Part shown: one piece after another, positions 1 through 12,382 of the stretch
How the letters are laid out: every line of letters starts with the position of its first letter
Numbering within the stretch: position 1 is the stretch's first letter
Assembly (NCBI GenBank): GCA_950097015.1
Contig: CATNEN010000033.1
Span: 2,604,001 to 2,668,000, forward strand
DNA length: 64,000 nt
Source of the DNA: Macrostomum hystrix
Taxonomy: Eukaryota; Animalia; Platyhelminthes
Reading direction: 5' to 3'
Notes under the pieces: model-generated
Databases searched by the model: none
What the model was told of the DNA's origin: nothing
What the model saw: the letters and a program-made list of their open reading frames with translations, nothing else
Program-made: the position numbers and the translations under genes

Positions 1-262
1 ACTCCGTTTGAAACATTTTAGACATGATTGACGTGTGCCTGACAACGGGCGGACAAAAAGTGCTTTGCTCTTCTTGAGCAACGGAAAAAACAACTCGAGG
101 GACAATGGGATTTCAGGGAAGAACTGGCAGAAATATTTGGTTTAAATGGGCACCAGCTAGTGTTTCCTGTTGCCCGTTGTCAATGTATACAATGACACAC
201 TACAGGGCATTGGTTTAATAATTTAAAGAACCTCAAATTGTTGATAACCTATAGTCTTAGCA

Positions 263-599
263 GGGGGAGTGAGTGGCACAGCGGTTAACGCGTCTACCTC
301 TTGCACCAAGGTCCCTGAGCTCGATTCCGCGGCGAGGCCACAATTATTTCGGGGCGCAGCCGCGGAGAGAAGGCTTGGGGGGCTTGTCGTGCAATTTACG
401 CCCTAGAGGGCCAACCTCGAAGGCACAGTGGGAGTGTACCTTGCCTGATGATAAGAAAGTCAGGGCAGATGTACACACCTGTGTGAGCGTGAGGAGTCAG
501 CGAAATGGGCAGAATTGCCTCCTGGCTGGCTGCGGGTCTAGTGTCACCAAATGATATGCCATTGCCCGCAGCCCTCCTGAAATTAATATTATTATTATT
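263..599 (+). mobile_element. tRNA-derived SINE, full length (copy 1)
   Basis: Head GGGGGAGTGAGTGGCACAGCGG (A box) and GAGCTCGATTCC (B box); (ATT)n tail at 588-599; flanked by direct repeat GTCTTAGCA(GG) at 254-264 and 600-610; body matches copies at 7759-8081 and 9642-9840. Confidence 0.85.
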
Positions 600-669
600 G
601 TCTTAGCAGGCTGAAAGGTTGCTCACTTTGCTTATGATTTATTCTAACCGCCCACGGTTGAGTCAACAA

Positions 670-683
670 GTATCCATGGCAAC
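670..683. promoter_or_regulatory. RFX X-box motif GTATCCATGGCAAC
   Basis: Matches the 14-bp X-box pattern GTNNCC-AT-GGCAAC; about 520 bp upstream of the ATG at 1201. Confidence 0.4.
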
Positions 684-1200
684 CACAGCGACTGTAGAGT
701 CACAATTCAATCGTCAGTTGCGCAGCAAGCAACTAGTTCGTGACTTCTCATCTGTTTCGTGTCTATTCATTCACTGCCGTAATCTCTGACTATGCACTAG
801 TGCTGGCAGCACTTGAAAACAAAGGAAAGAAATTGTTGCCATTTCAATGGATTTCCGTGTAACCGCTCTTTCGGTTATCAATATGAGATCAATTCAGACC
901 ACTTGCACCGAATAAGTTCTATATTTTTCTTCCGGAAGCATCTGCACTGTACAGGGTGCACTTTTCTGCGTGAAGTATCTCAGCCTCATGTCACTGTTCT
1001 AATCTCTCCCGTCACTCCCGCTCAGTATTTCTCCCAGTTCTCTTTCCTTCACTCTGATTGAATTCTGCTGCTGATCAGTTCCCATTGGTTGGGGAGGGGG
1101 TTGTGCTCCTTTTATAGACATCAGTCAGCAGCTACCCACCTGATAAGCACTCACGGAGAAGTCAATAGTAGAGTGTCTAGTGGCTTTATCTATAGATACC

Positions 1201-1494
1201 ATGTTCAAATCATGCTCGCCGCATTTTGAGACGAGGTCATTGGTTCGATTCCTAGTCGCCTTCCTGACTGCGGCAGCCGCGCCGTGCCCAGTCGCCGCGG
1301 AGGGCGGACCGACGGTCAGGCTGGAGTGGTGGCACTATTTCATCATCGCCTGCTGCGGCGGGCTGCTGCTGGGGGCCATCGTCGTGTACTGCTACTGCAA
1401 GAAGCGCCACCCTGTAGCGCTGCACGAGCCGCAGGACCCGAGGCGCGTCATCCGGGTTGGGAACATTGTGGGAAAACTCAACCAGCTGGCCTGA
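1201..1494 (+). CDS. Small single-pass membrane protein (97 aa), unknown family
   Basis: ATG at 1201; GC-rich codon-like sequence; hydrophobic leader (LVRFLVAFLTAAAA), TM helix WWHYFIIACCGGLLLGAIVVYCYC followed by KKRH stop-transfer. Confidence 0.6.
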   Translation: MFKSCSPHFETRSLVRFLVAFLTAAAAPCPVAAEGGPTVRLEWWHYFIIACCGGLLLGAIVVYCYCKKRHPVALHEPQDPRRVIRVGNIVGKLNQLA

Positions 1495-1569
1495 GACATT
1501 TGAGTCCGCTATGACACCTAATACTTAAGTAATACTTCAGATTAGATTTATTCTTTAATTGAAATGGAT

Positions 1570-2770
1570 TGATAGATCAGACTAGATTGATAGATGAGAT
1601 CAGATTATATTGATAGATGAGATCAGACTAGATTGATAGATGAGATCAGATTGTATTGATAGATGAGATCAGACTAGATTTATAGATGAGTTCAGACTAG
1701 ATTGATAGATCAAATCAAACTAGATTGATAGATGCGATCAGACTAGATTGATAGATGAAATCAGACTAGATTTATAGATGTGATCAAACAAGATTGATAG
1801 ATGAAATCAGACTAGATTGATAGATGTGATCAAACTAGATTGATAGATGAAATCAGACTAGATTGATAGATGAAATCAGACTAGATTTATAGATGTGATC
1901 AAACAAGATTGATCGATGAGATCAGACTAGATTGATAGATGAGATCAGACTAGATTAATAGATTTGATCAGACTAGATTGATAGATTAGATCAGACTAGA
2001 TTGATAGATGAGATCAGACTAGATTGATAGATTAGATCAGACTAGATTGATAGATTCGATCAGACTAGATTAATAGATTAGATCAGACTAGATTGATAGA
2101 TTAGATCAGAATAGATTGATAGATGAGATCAGACTAGATTGATAGATGAGATCAGACTAGATTGATAGATGAGATCAGACTAGATTGATAGATGAGGTCA
2201 GACTATATTGATCGATGAGATCAGACTAGATTTATAGATGAGTTCAGACTAGATTGATAGATCAAATCAAACTAGATTGATCGATGCGATCAGAGAAGAT
2301 TGATAGATTCGATCAGACTAGATTGATCGATGCGATCAGAGAAGATTGATAGATTCGATCAGACTAGATTGATCGATGCGATCAGACTAGATTGATAGAT
2401 TCGATCAGACTAGATTAATAGATTAGATCAGACTAGATTGATAGATTAGATCAGAATAGATTGATAGATGAGATCAGACTAGATTGATAGATGAGATCAG
2501 ACTAGATTGATAGATGAGGTCAGACTATATTGATCGATGAGATCAGACTAGATTTATAGATGAGTTCAGACTAGATTGATAGATCAAATCAAACTAGATT
2601 GATCGATGCGATCAGAGAAGATTGATAGATTAGATCCGACTAGATTGATAGATTAGATCAGACTAGAATGATAGATGAGATCAGACTAGATTGATAGATT
2701 AGAGCAGACTAGATTGATAGATTAGATCAGACTAGATTGATAGATGAGATCAGACTAGATTGATAGATGA
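1570..2770. repeat. 23-bp minisatellite (GATAGATGAGATCAGACTAGATT)n
   Basis: Direct inspection; about 50 slightly variable units. Confidence 0.95.
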
Positions 2771-3312
2771 AATTTATTAAAGCTATCGCTTCTTTTTTGT
2801 AAATATTATTGATACAGTAGAATGAGTGCAAGTGATATTGAATGGCAATATTTGTAACTGTACAATATTATGTGTACACAGATCTGCAGCATTTGTTTCT
2901 GTGTACCAATAAATTACTTCGCATCGAATAGAGTGTTTCGAGTATTTAGAATTCGTAATAAACTGTTTGGATTTTTTATCAATTTAAATAAACAAAGTAA
3001 ACTTTTAAAAAGTTTATCAATTATCAATCAAAGAAATTAATTGCGTGCAATATCTATTTATTAAGATAATCCATGTTAGCAGTGCATCTTTTATGATAGT
3101 TAAAACATTAGAATAAAGGAAGCAAAGGTTGCACAATTAGACATATCATTGCCATCTGCATTTATATAATATCTGCATTTCTTGAAGTCCGTTAAAATCG
3201 ACTGGTTTGTAAAGTAGCTTTTAACCAAAAGGCTTTTTCTTCTTAACTTCTGACATGGAAATCAAATAATAGCTGTGTATAGCCATGGATAAAATATTGC
3301 AGAAAAAGTAGG

Positions 3313-3675
3313 AGGACTCCGTGAGGACTCCGTGAGGATTCAGTGAGGATTCCGTGAGGACTCCGTGAGGATTCCATGAGGATTCCGTGAGGACTCCGTG
3401 AGGATTCCGTGAGGACTCCGTGAGGATTCCGTGAGGATTCCGTGAGGACTCCGTGAGGATTCCGTGAGGACTCCGTGAGGATTCCGTGAGGACTCCGTGA
3501 GGACTCCGTGAGGATTCCGTGAGGACTCCGTGAGGATTCCGTGAGGACTCCGTGAGGATTCCGTGAGGATTCCGTGAGGACTCCGTGAGGATTCCGTGAG
3601 GACTCCGTGAGGATTCCGTGAGGACTCCGTGAGGACTCCGTGAGGATTCCGTGAGGACTCCGTGAGGATTCCGTG
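3313..3675. repeat. 11-bp minisatellite (GTGAGGAYTCC)n
   Basis: Direct inspection; accounts for spurious ORFs 3221-3679 and 3340-3687. Confidence 0.95.
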
Positions 3676-4174
3676 GCAATTAAACAAATCCTGCAGGTGC
3701 CAGAACTAACGTTGCTTATAAAATATGTAGAGTCCTAAATTTGTTAGAATAAAGGCACTGTTAAAACAAAAAAAAGCAAAATGAGAAAAAAAAGTCGGAA
3801 TAATTGTTAAAGAAAAGCTGTTTCTTTTTTAACAGTTGAAGGCAATTTTAAGGGGTGGTGGTAAAAGATAAGCAAATTAAAATAATAAAAGTACATGCAT
3901 TCCGCAATGGAAGTTGACTACTTAAATAAATATAATTCTTAAATAAAACCTGGACAAACAATTCACAAAAAACTGTCTTTTCTTTCACAAGAAAACATTT
4001 GAACTCAAAACTTGCACTACTCGGTTGAGAATTCAAATTAAACTTGTTTTTTTGAATTAAACATACGAATATTGTGACTAGGTGAACTCAAGAAAATACC
4101 TCAGACTGCTCAGAATTGCTCCATGATTAAATAAACACATTCGAATTTTTTGTTTCAGTAAATACCATCTAATT

Positions 4175-4248
4175 ATTAGCTTCAGCAACAATCCCAGAAT
4201 TAGCTTCAGTAATAATCCCAGAATTAGCTTCAGCAACAATCCCAGAAT
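4175..4248. repeat. 24-bp tandem repeat x3 (ATTAGCTTCAGCAACAATCCCAGA)
   Basis: Direct inspection. Confidence 0.85.
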
Positions 4249-4870
4249 GTACTATGACATAAAAGCCATTAAAAGACTGGTTGCAATTTCAACAAGCAAA
4301 TCTCGCGAATCCGGTGGCCCTAAGCAAAAAAGATTTCCACTTAAAAGCATCAACCAAAAGAGTCAAGCGGGGTAGAGAAAAAAGTCAATAAACAGCAAGC
4401 TGGGAACTGAGTGCAAAAAGGAAATTCACTCAGAGAGGAAAAACAATATTGCAGGAGCTTCTAACAGACAAAAAATCCCGGAGCCCGAAGTAACCGAACA
4501 ATGAGCTGCATGGCTAGGCCAAAACCCGGGGCAGCAGCACGTGTTGCCACCCGGATGTGAGACCCGCCTAATCAGAATCGCGATCGAAGGAGTAAAAGGT
4601 GAGCGATGGAGAGAGCGCCGGCGGCTGAGTATTGCGCTGAAAACACCAAGAAAATATATAGAAAACCTTAATTCTTCTACAATAAAAAAAAGCTCAACAC
4701 GCTACTAAAGGAAAATCGCTGGTGGTAAGTAGGCATATTCGAAAATGGTGAGAACTTTTTAAGACAAGAAAATAATGCATTTCTATGTAGGAGATAGAAT
4801 GAATTATAAATTTCGAGCTTCACTGTTCTGCTCTGTTCTGTTCTCCTGCAGACTGCTCAGAGTTCTGTCT

Positions 4871-7800
4871 CTACTGAAGGACGCAAGCTGCCGATGTGGC
4901 CTTGCCCATGGCCTCACTTCGCTTCTCCTCGGCTTTGGCCGTCTGGTTCTTGCCGTTGGGCGCGGCGGCGGCGGCTCCACCCGCTTTACCGCCCTTCTTG
5001 CTGGCGCCCCCGTTAGTGGCGGCTGCGGCGGGCGGAGCAGCCGCGGTGGCTGACAAGATTTTGTCCACCTTGTCCACCTGCGGGTTTAATGAGGAGATCC
5101 ATGACAGATTTGCTGAGGGGCCAGTGACCTTTGATGAACGAGCTCAATGACCCCTTTGATGAACGAGCTCAATGACCGTGATGAACGAGGTCAATGACCC
5201 CAAGGATGAAGAGGTGAACATTCCTTTGTTCAAATATTTCAAAAGCTTCAGCTCACCGACAGAACATCCTTGCCACTCTTGCGCGCCTCGTTCACCAGAG
5301 TCTGAAGCTGTTTCTGAAGTAAAAGCAAAATCGATGTTACTTTAGAAACTTGATTGCATAAGTAAAAGTGCAATTCAGGACTTTTAATTTTAGATTTGAG
5401 GCCAAGAGGGACTCACTATTTTCTGGTCGCTTCGCTCGCTCTTCCGCTTCAGGGTGTCCAGCTCGGACTTCAGGTTCTTCGCCTCAGCACCAGCCGCCGC
5501 GGCTGCAGCCGGCGCCGGGCGCTGAATAAAAGCGAGGTAGAAAGGTTACAGCTATGCGAACTAACGAGAAACGAGTAACGACTTAGATCCCAAAATCAAT
5601 GATAAAAAGACAGGAACGATTGGCTATCGGCTAGTGATTGCCATGAATATTGACAGAAGCGGCTAATTATTAACGACTTTTGATCACGGTTCACGATAAA
5701 ACGTTCAGAAGTACGTTTAACGATTGACGATTACGCACCTAACTACATAGAACTCGTACCACTTTGCTAACGACTTTGAAAATATAATTGAGATATAGTG
5801 TCAATGTTCCAGTTAGATATAAAATCATTAACGAGTAAGATCTGAAACCAAAAACTTTTTTAACGATTAACAAAAAATATGTAACGGTTTAACGAAAAAA
5901 ATTGACAATTAACAAAAAAATGTAACGATTTAACGAAAAAATCTTCTGATTAACGAAAAATACCTAAGGATCAACGTAAAAGATGTAGCAAAAAAGAAAA
6001 TTATTTTGTTCTTTGTTTTTAAAAAAATGAATTCGTTTTAATGATTAATCACGCTTAATAACTTACGACTATAAATATCCACTCATTCACAAATCTAGGC
6101 CCGAATTAATCCCTTGCGTCTTCCTGCGCCTCATCAGCGACAAGCTGACCAGCTCACCGAGTCCACGCATCCGGCCGGCTTGTCCCCCTGCATCAGCTCC
6201 TTGGTGGTCTTGTTCGACTTCTTGCCGGAGTCCTTCTGCCGGCCCCACAGCTCGAAGATGATGTAGGACTTCTGCAGGTACTCCATGAACTGCTTGGTGA
6301 CCGGCTTGTAGGTGTACTTCTTCTCAAAGCTGAACTGAGGATTGACCGCCTTTTTCACTTCGACAGTTCGGGTGAATTCGTCCTCCAGGTAGAACTTGTA
6401 CTGGCAGTAGTACTGAAAGGGTTTTGCAAAGCTTTCATGCTTTCTATATTTAGTGTTTCATCGCACCTTATAAATGGCGGGGTGAAGTGGCGAAGCTGCA
6501 ATGCGCCCGACTCTCACACAAAGGGTCCCGAGTTCGAATCTTTGGCAACTTTGGCAAGGCTACTCACTGCGGCAAACCTGGCGGACAGGTCGTGCCCCTC
6601 CTTGACCTTGACCTTGAAGTTCATGGTTTGGCCAATCACATCGTCCGGCTCGGAAAATTCCTCGCCGAGATCTCGAAACTCCGAATCGCAGGGCCGCAGT
6701 TCGATTTCCAGCTTGCCCTGATCCTCGCCACGGAAGTCAGTGACGCTGAAGCTCTCGGCGACCTCAATCATGTAGGCCAGGCTCTGCAGGTACACGTGGC
6801 AGGTGCCAATCATGACGGGCGAGTCGGCCGGCTCCCAGAAGGGATCATTCTCCTGCGGCAGCTTCCTATCTTCTCCCTCCATGTAGTTCTGGTAAATGTC
6901 GCGCATGAGGTACTTGCGATCGGAGAACTTGTCCTTGGACCAGAAGAACTCATTGCCCGAGTCCAGGTTGTGCACGCTAATGTAAACCTGAGAAGCGGAA
7001 GTGCAAAACAAAATGCTTATTTTTAACAGTTGGGCCTTGCTACTCTACTTAAAGTAGAACTATGGAAATATTTGATTGCTACCTCAGTGCGACCCTCATT
7101 TTCACGCAGTCCGCGACCTTGCGGCGACATGAGCACGAGCTCGAAGCGGACCCGCCTGTCCATCTCCTCGGACATGGCGTTGGCCTCCTGAACCTGCGGG
7201 TACAGCTTCACCAGGTCGTCCATGAGCAGCATGTCCTCTGCAATGCGCAGGATTGAAGTTTCAGTGCGGAATTCAAGAGCTTTGGCATTGGCGAATCAAG
7301 CGAGCTCAAGCAGAAGGCCTCACCAGCACTGCTGCTCTTGGCCTTGTCGCCCAGCAGTCCCATCACGCCTGAGCTCTCGGCCAGCTCCGCCTGCGCCGCT
7401 TCGAAGGTGGGGACCGGCGACGGCGACGCCGCCCCGGCCTTGGGATGGTCGAACACGTACAGGTGGTTGTTGCCGAACAGCACGCGATCATGATGATGCA
7501 GCAGAGTCTCCTGAGCAACTTCGCGACCGTTGATGCAGACTTTGGCGCCATTCAGAGGCGTCAGCGTCACCTTGTCGGAGGAGTTGATCAGCGTGGCATG
7601 CTGCGGTAGAATGCTGCGGGAGAGGTCGAGGACATGAAACTCTGCTGTAATCTTGAATAGCCGTCACAACCTGTCAATCAACCTTTGAAGTGCATGCAGA
7701 CAATTTTTTATAATAATCGTTCTAACACCTTTGCCTCTTCAATATAGATCATCAGGGAATAAAAAAATTAATTGCAGGAGGGCTGCGGGCAGTGGCACAT

Positions 7801-10800
7801 CATTTGATGACACTAGACCCGCAGCGAGCGAGGAGGCAATTCTGCCCATTTCGCTGACTCCTGAGCACACAAGCACTCAGATACCGTACTCAGGCACTCG
7901 CTCACACAAGTGTGTACTTCTGCCCTGACTTTCTTATCATCAGGCAGTGTACACTCTTATTGTGCCTTGGAGGTTGGCCCTCAAGGGCGTAAATGGCACA
8001 ACAAGCCCCCAAGCCTTCTCTCCGCGGCTGCGCCCGAAATGAATGTGGCCTCGCCGCGGACTGCACTGCCACTCACCCCCTGATCATCAGGGATTCGCTG
8101 ACTTGGAAGCGGCAGTCCGTTTTCAACGCACCTGATACCCCGCAGCTGGAACTCCGCCTCCCTGCCGATGGTGTGGCTGCCCGGCTGACAGAAGTGCACA
8201 ATCAGGCCGCTGAGCGACGGGTCCTCGTTGAGGTTCCACAGGTGCGGCTGCTGCTTGCGCCTCTCTCCCAGCGCCTCCTTGTCTCGAATCTGCGCCTGTG
8301 ACTCAGCCTGGGCTTGGGCCAGCTTCTCAGCCCACTCGCGCTCCATCGCTTCCATCTCCTCCTGGTTGCGCTTCATCAGCTCCCGCATTCGCTCCTCGGC
8401 CTCCTCCTTGCCTTCACTTTCTCCGCCGACCCCGCCGCCACCTCCTCCACCGCCGCCTCCCTTGAGCATCTCCATGAGGCGCAGGTTCTCCTCGCGCAGC
8501 TCCCTGATGAGCTTGTCCGTCGGGCTCTCGTTCACCACAGCCTTGGTCTTGATGGCCTTGGCCCGGTCCGCAAAGCGCAGGGTCGACAGCGTCTCCTCGT
8601 AGTTTATGTCCGCCGGAGACAGGGCGGCGATCTTGGAGGGTTGAAAATTGATGCGGCCTTAAGTGGCAGTGCTTTTTTTAATTGTCCCATTACAAGTATG
8701 AGCGCTGGAACCTCACCATGACCGTCCTGCTGTTGCCACCCAGAGCATTCTGTAGAAGCTTGGTGAGCACAGAGTCTCGAAAAGGAACTGAAATTATATC
8801 CGAAAGCTTGTTTGGTACGAATATCTTAACTGAGATAAGAATACAGGATCCAAAAACATCCGATCCGAACACACACCGACAACTTTGGTGTTGCCCATGG
8901 ACTGGTCAGCCAGGGCCTTGATACAGTTTCCCAGGGTGCTAAGGGACTGATTGATGGCCGAGCCTTCCTTCAGCCGGTCGCCTGTGGCTCCAGTGGAATC
9001 AGCTCGCTCACTGCAAGCATGGGGTGGTTAGACTTTGATGGAGTGTACATACGATGGTCATTCAGACTTTGAAGAATACAATGTACATTGGTTTTGAGGT
9101 GAGAGATGCTGATGGAGTGGGGTTGATGAGCAATGTACATTAATCGAATGGTTTTGAGACCAGTCTTTACTCCTGCACTCTGCCATTTTGGGTGGGTGTT
9201 TAAGATTTGGGTGGGAAATGTCTTTCAATTGAGCTGGTACATTTAATGCCTGTTCACAATTTGGAACAGGCCCGCTGTTCGACAATTCAAGAAGACCATT
9301 ACCTGCCAGCCAAATCAACCAGGTTCATGACCGAAGATCGGGTCATGCTCTGTCCGCTATTGTCCAGAGTCTTCTGCGTGAAGCTGATGGCCACGATGGT
9401 GTGGGCCCGGCTGCTGGTGGCATTCATGTTGGTGGCGGCCACCGTACGGTTGTGCGTGCCCTCGGCGATCTTGGCCTCGATCTGGGCGTAGCTACTCACC
9501 GGCGAGGTAGTCAACTGCTCAACGTAGAAGCCCTGCATAGAGAGAGTGGCGAGTGACTTCGGTCAATTTTGGGATGGCAAATGAAATCGAAGGAATACTT
9601 CTTACTATTTTGGAAAGCCTCGCATTAACCACCACTAACCCTATAATAATAATTGCAGGAGAGCTGTAGGTCATGGCACATCATTTGGTGACACTGGACC
9701 CGCAGCCAGCGAGGAAGCAAGTCTGCCCATTCCGCTGACTCCTGAGCACACACACACACAGATACTGTACGCAGGCATACGCTCACACATTCAGTGTGAA
9801 AAAGACTCGATCTGTGTACATCTGCCCTGACTTTCTCATCGTTGATATCTCAAATCGCCAAGTTAACTAGTAAGTGCGATAACTCCGAACTTCACCTTGC
9901 TCGGATGCTGGCGCACTTTTAGGCCGCCTTTGACCGTCTTGGATACTAGCAGATCCCGCACCTGCTCATTGTAGATCTCAATCATGCTCAGAGACACCTG
10001 ATACTCTTCGCCAGATTTCATGCCTGGCTTCTTGGCCTCGATAGCTTTGAATAGGTCCTCGCAGGCGATGGGCACAATGCCCTTGTTAGCCTGGTAGCCA
10101 ATCATTGAGTAGCTCTTGCCGCTGCCAGTCTGGCCATAGGCGAATAGGCTGCAGTTGTAGCCCTCCCAGGCGTTGTCAAGGACTCCGCGGCCCAGATCGT
10201 TAAACACTTTTTGCTGATAAAAAATGCATATAAAACACATTACGTAGTTGCCAACGCGTTTACGTTAAGTGTCTAAAAGCAACGAAAGAAATTATCTGTT
10301 CAATAAAGCCTCTGCAGGGACCCACCTGATCAGCGTATTTAGCATTGGCCGGTGCGAAGTAGCCGTTTGTCTGCTCAGTGAAGCCGTCGTGAGACCAGTA
10401 AGAGTAGTCGAACGCGAATTTCTTGTCCTGACCGCTGGCCGGATCCGTGATGATGGTCTGCGGCCCGTCCATCTTGATGATCAGCTTGCTGCCGCGAGTC
10501 TTCTCGCGTTCGTTGTGTCAGTTGGTTGCGCCAACAAGATTTCAGCGCTCGAGTTAAGGAAAACAACTTGTAACATTCTTCAACAAGCACATCTTCCAAA
10601 TCTGTCCCACATCTTCCAAATGAGTAATCTAGTGTTCTGATAATTATGTTCATAACTTCAGGGTTACTTTTAAAAATACATTTAAATATGCATAGCATAG
10701 TGTTTTGTTTTCTTTGTGTTTGTTATGTACGCCCTAGAAAAGAAAATATTAAAAAATAAAAAAATAATGAGAATGTAAAATATTAGTATTTTTCTTCGTT

Positions 10801-11558
10801 GTTATACAACTTTAATTTTTATTAACTGAATTCATTGAAACTATTTTCAGAAGTTCTCCAAAAAAGTGTAGATAGACATAAATTTGGGCAACAACAAAAG
10901 TACTATGGCCTTGAAGTCTTTAACAATATAATTCATAATTATTAATTATACTTATATACCATAAGCTAAAAGTACTACAACAATAGATGTTTATTATACA
11001 GGTCAGATTTAAGGACTTAAAACATACTCTTTTTAAATCTTTTTTAGAACGCATACTTTGCTAAAGTTTTTTGTTTACCGATCTAGTTATTTCGCAATTT
11101 AATTATTTGTGTATTACAAATATGTAAGTAGTAATGAAATGCCATATTGCTATAGTAATGTGTGAAACACTTGCACAAAAGGAACTGTGGTCGATGCTTT
11201 ATGTCTACCATACTAAACTATAAATGGTTGAACATAAAAAGCGTCGACATATAAAGATTCAAGCGGAATGTCACATTATTTCATTGAAATTTCAACGCTG
11301 TTTTAACCAATGCAAACTCTAGGTACTCTACGAAAAAACTAAGCTGAAAATATATTTCAAGATAATCTTAAAATAGATATTCTCGATTAGATATCCATTA
11401 AAATGTTTATTGAACGCTGTAACTGTATTCCTGTATGTAGCGCATGAACCCACGTCCCACTTTCACAACTGGATAAGCAAAAGCGATATTTTACAACTGA
11501 ATAAACGAAAGGATATGAATGGGCGAACTCGGACGGCGACTTTAACGTTGTCTGCCAT
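4871..11558 (-). CDS. KIF28: Kinesin-3 family, KIF28/KLP-6-like: motor, coiled coil, FHA, stalk/tail, C-terminal CaaX (CVLQ)
   Basis: Exons (minus): 11558-11517, 10514-10326, 10213-9896, 9532-9303, 9010-8877, 8787-8717, 8631-8132, 7613-7324, 7237-7083, 6987-6568, 6412-6158, 5521-5417, 5313-5257, 5077-4871, phases consistent. Motifs [29 protein letters not shown]-loop [47 protein letters not shown]...[11 protein letters not shown]. Confidence 0.9.
6478..6541 (+). mobile_element. tRNA-like SINE head fragment in kinesin intron
   Basis: GGGGTGAAGTGGCGAAGCTG (A-box-like) and GAGTTCGAATC (B box); no body or tail recognised. Confidence 0.45.
7759..8081 (-). mobile_element. tRNA-derived SINE (copy 2), head internally deleted
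   Basis: Reverse complement of the copy 1 body; 12-bp TSD GATCATCAGGGA at 7747-7758 and 8082-8093; lies in kinesin intron 8131-7614. Confidence 0.85.
9642..9840 (-). mobile_element. 5'-truncated SINE (copy 3)
   Basis: Matches the 3' half of copies 1 and 2 including the (ATT)n tail (TATAATAATAATT on plus); lies in a kinesin intron. Confidence 0.75.
10515..11516 (-). other. U12-type (minor spliceosome) AT-AC intron, kinesin intron 1, 1002 nt
   Basis: Minus-strand 5' site ATATCCTTT at 11516-11508, branch TTTTCCTTAAC at 10563-10553, 3' end TGACAC at 10515; removal joins RVRPF to NEREK in frame; no GT-AG pair gives this junction. Confidence 0.9.
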
Positions 11559-12382
11559 TGCACACTAAAATTTTGGAACGGTGAAAAATCTAATGAACAA
11601 TTTTTAAGACGACCCGAATGAAGTTTTACTAGACGGCATTTACTTTCACTAGAAAAATCTAGGGCAACCGAAACTCAAACAAGGCTATTACTACAGAAAA
11701 TAAACACAAAAGTTTTATATAGCAAGTTTAAAAAAATATTAGTAGTCCAAGATAATTTTTATTTATATTACTAATTTAAAAACAGTTATTGATTTGTAGT
11801 TTTGCTTTAATTGATGTATTATTGTTTAACTATACCGAATCGCCCTAACACCGTTAGAGCTAAATTTTGCTTTGAACCTTCTAATGGCACCTTCTCATAA
11901 TTATACGGCGGTGTCACTTCGTTCTCGCACTTTCTAAAAACGCGTTTGTTTAAAAGTTCTTTTCTCTTAAAACTTTTTTCTCGCTATGTCTAATAGGTAG
12001 CATGACTGCGTTTTGTTCAACCAGACTTCAGCCTGAAGTAATTTTCGAAGCTTAAATTTTGGCGATCGTTTTTATTCTTGTTGGGCGCCTAGAGACTAAA
12101 CAGCTGTGTGTGCAGCTTTTGGAAGCGCTGCACAGTAGCTGCATCGGTGCCATTCGCTTGACATCTGGCCCAACTATGTTAAGTGCAATATAATTTTGTT
12201 ACCATCATAAGATTGTCAGTATAAGACGTAGAAATCTGAAGGGAATTTAAGAGTTCGTTAGCAGAAAACAAAAAGCTAAAAAGAGCAACAGCAGAAAGTG
12301 CGAGCAACCGAAAGGAGAATGATTAGACAAAAATCCGCCCCCAGAGATCAACTATTCATTTCAGCGCAGGCCCGGTTCGGCA

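Noticed and set aside
273-554. 93-aa ORF
   Set aside because: Lies wholly within the SINE; no protein motif
3221-3687. Repetitive ORFs (PHGVLTESSR)n
   Set aside because: Translation of an 11-bp minisatellite
5560-6070. TAACGA-rich segment in a kinesin intron
   Set aside because: Resembles a decayed MITE, but I could not define termini or a TSD
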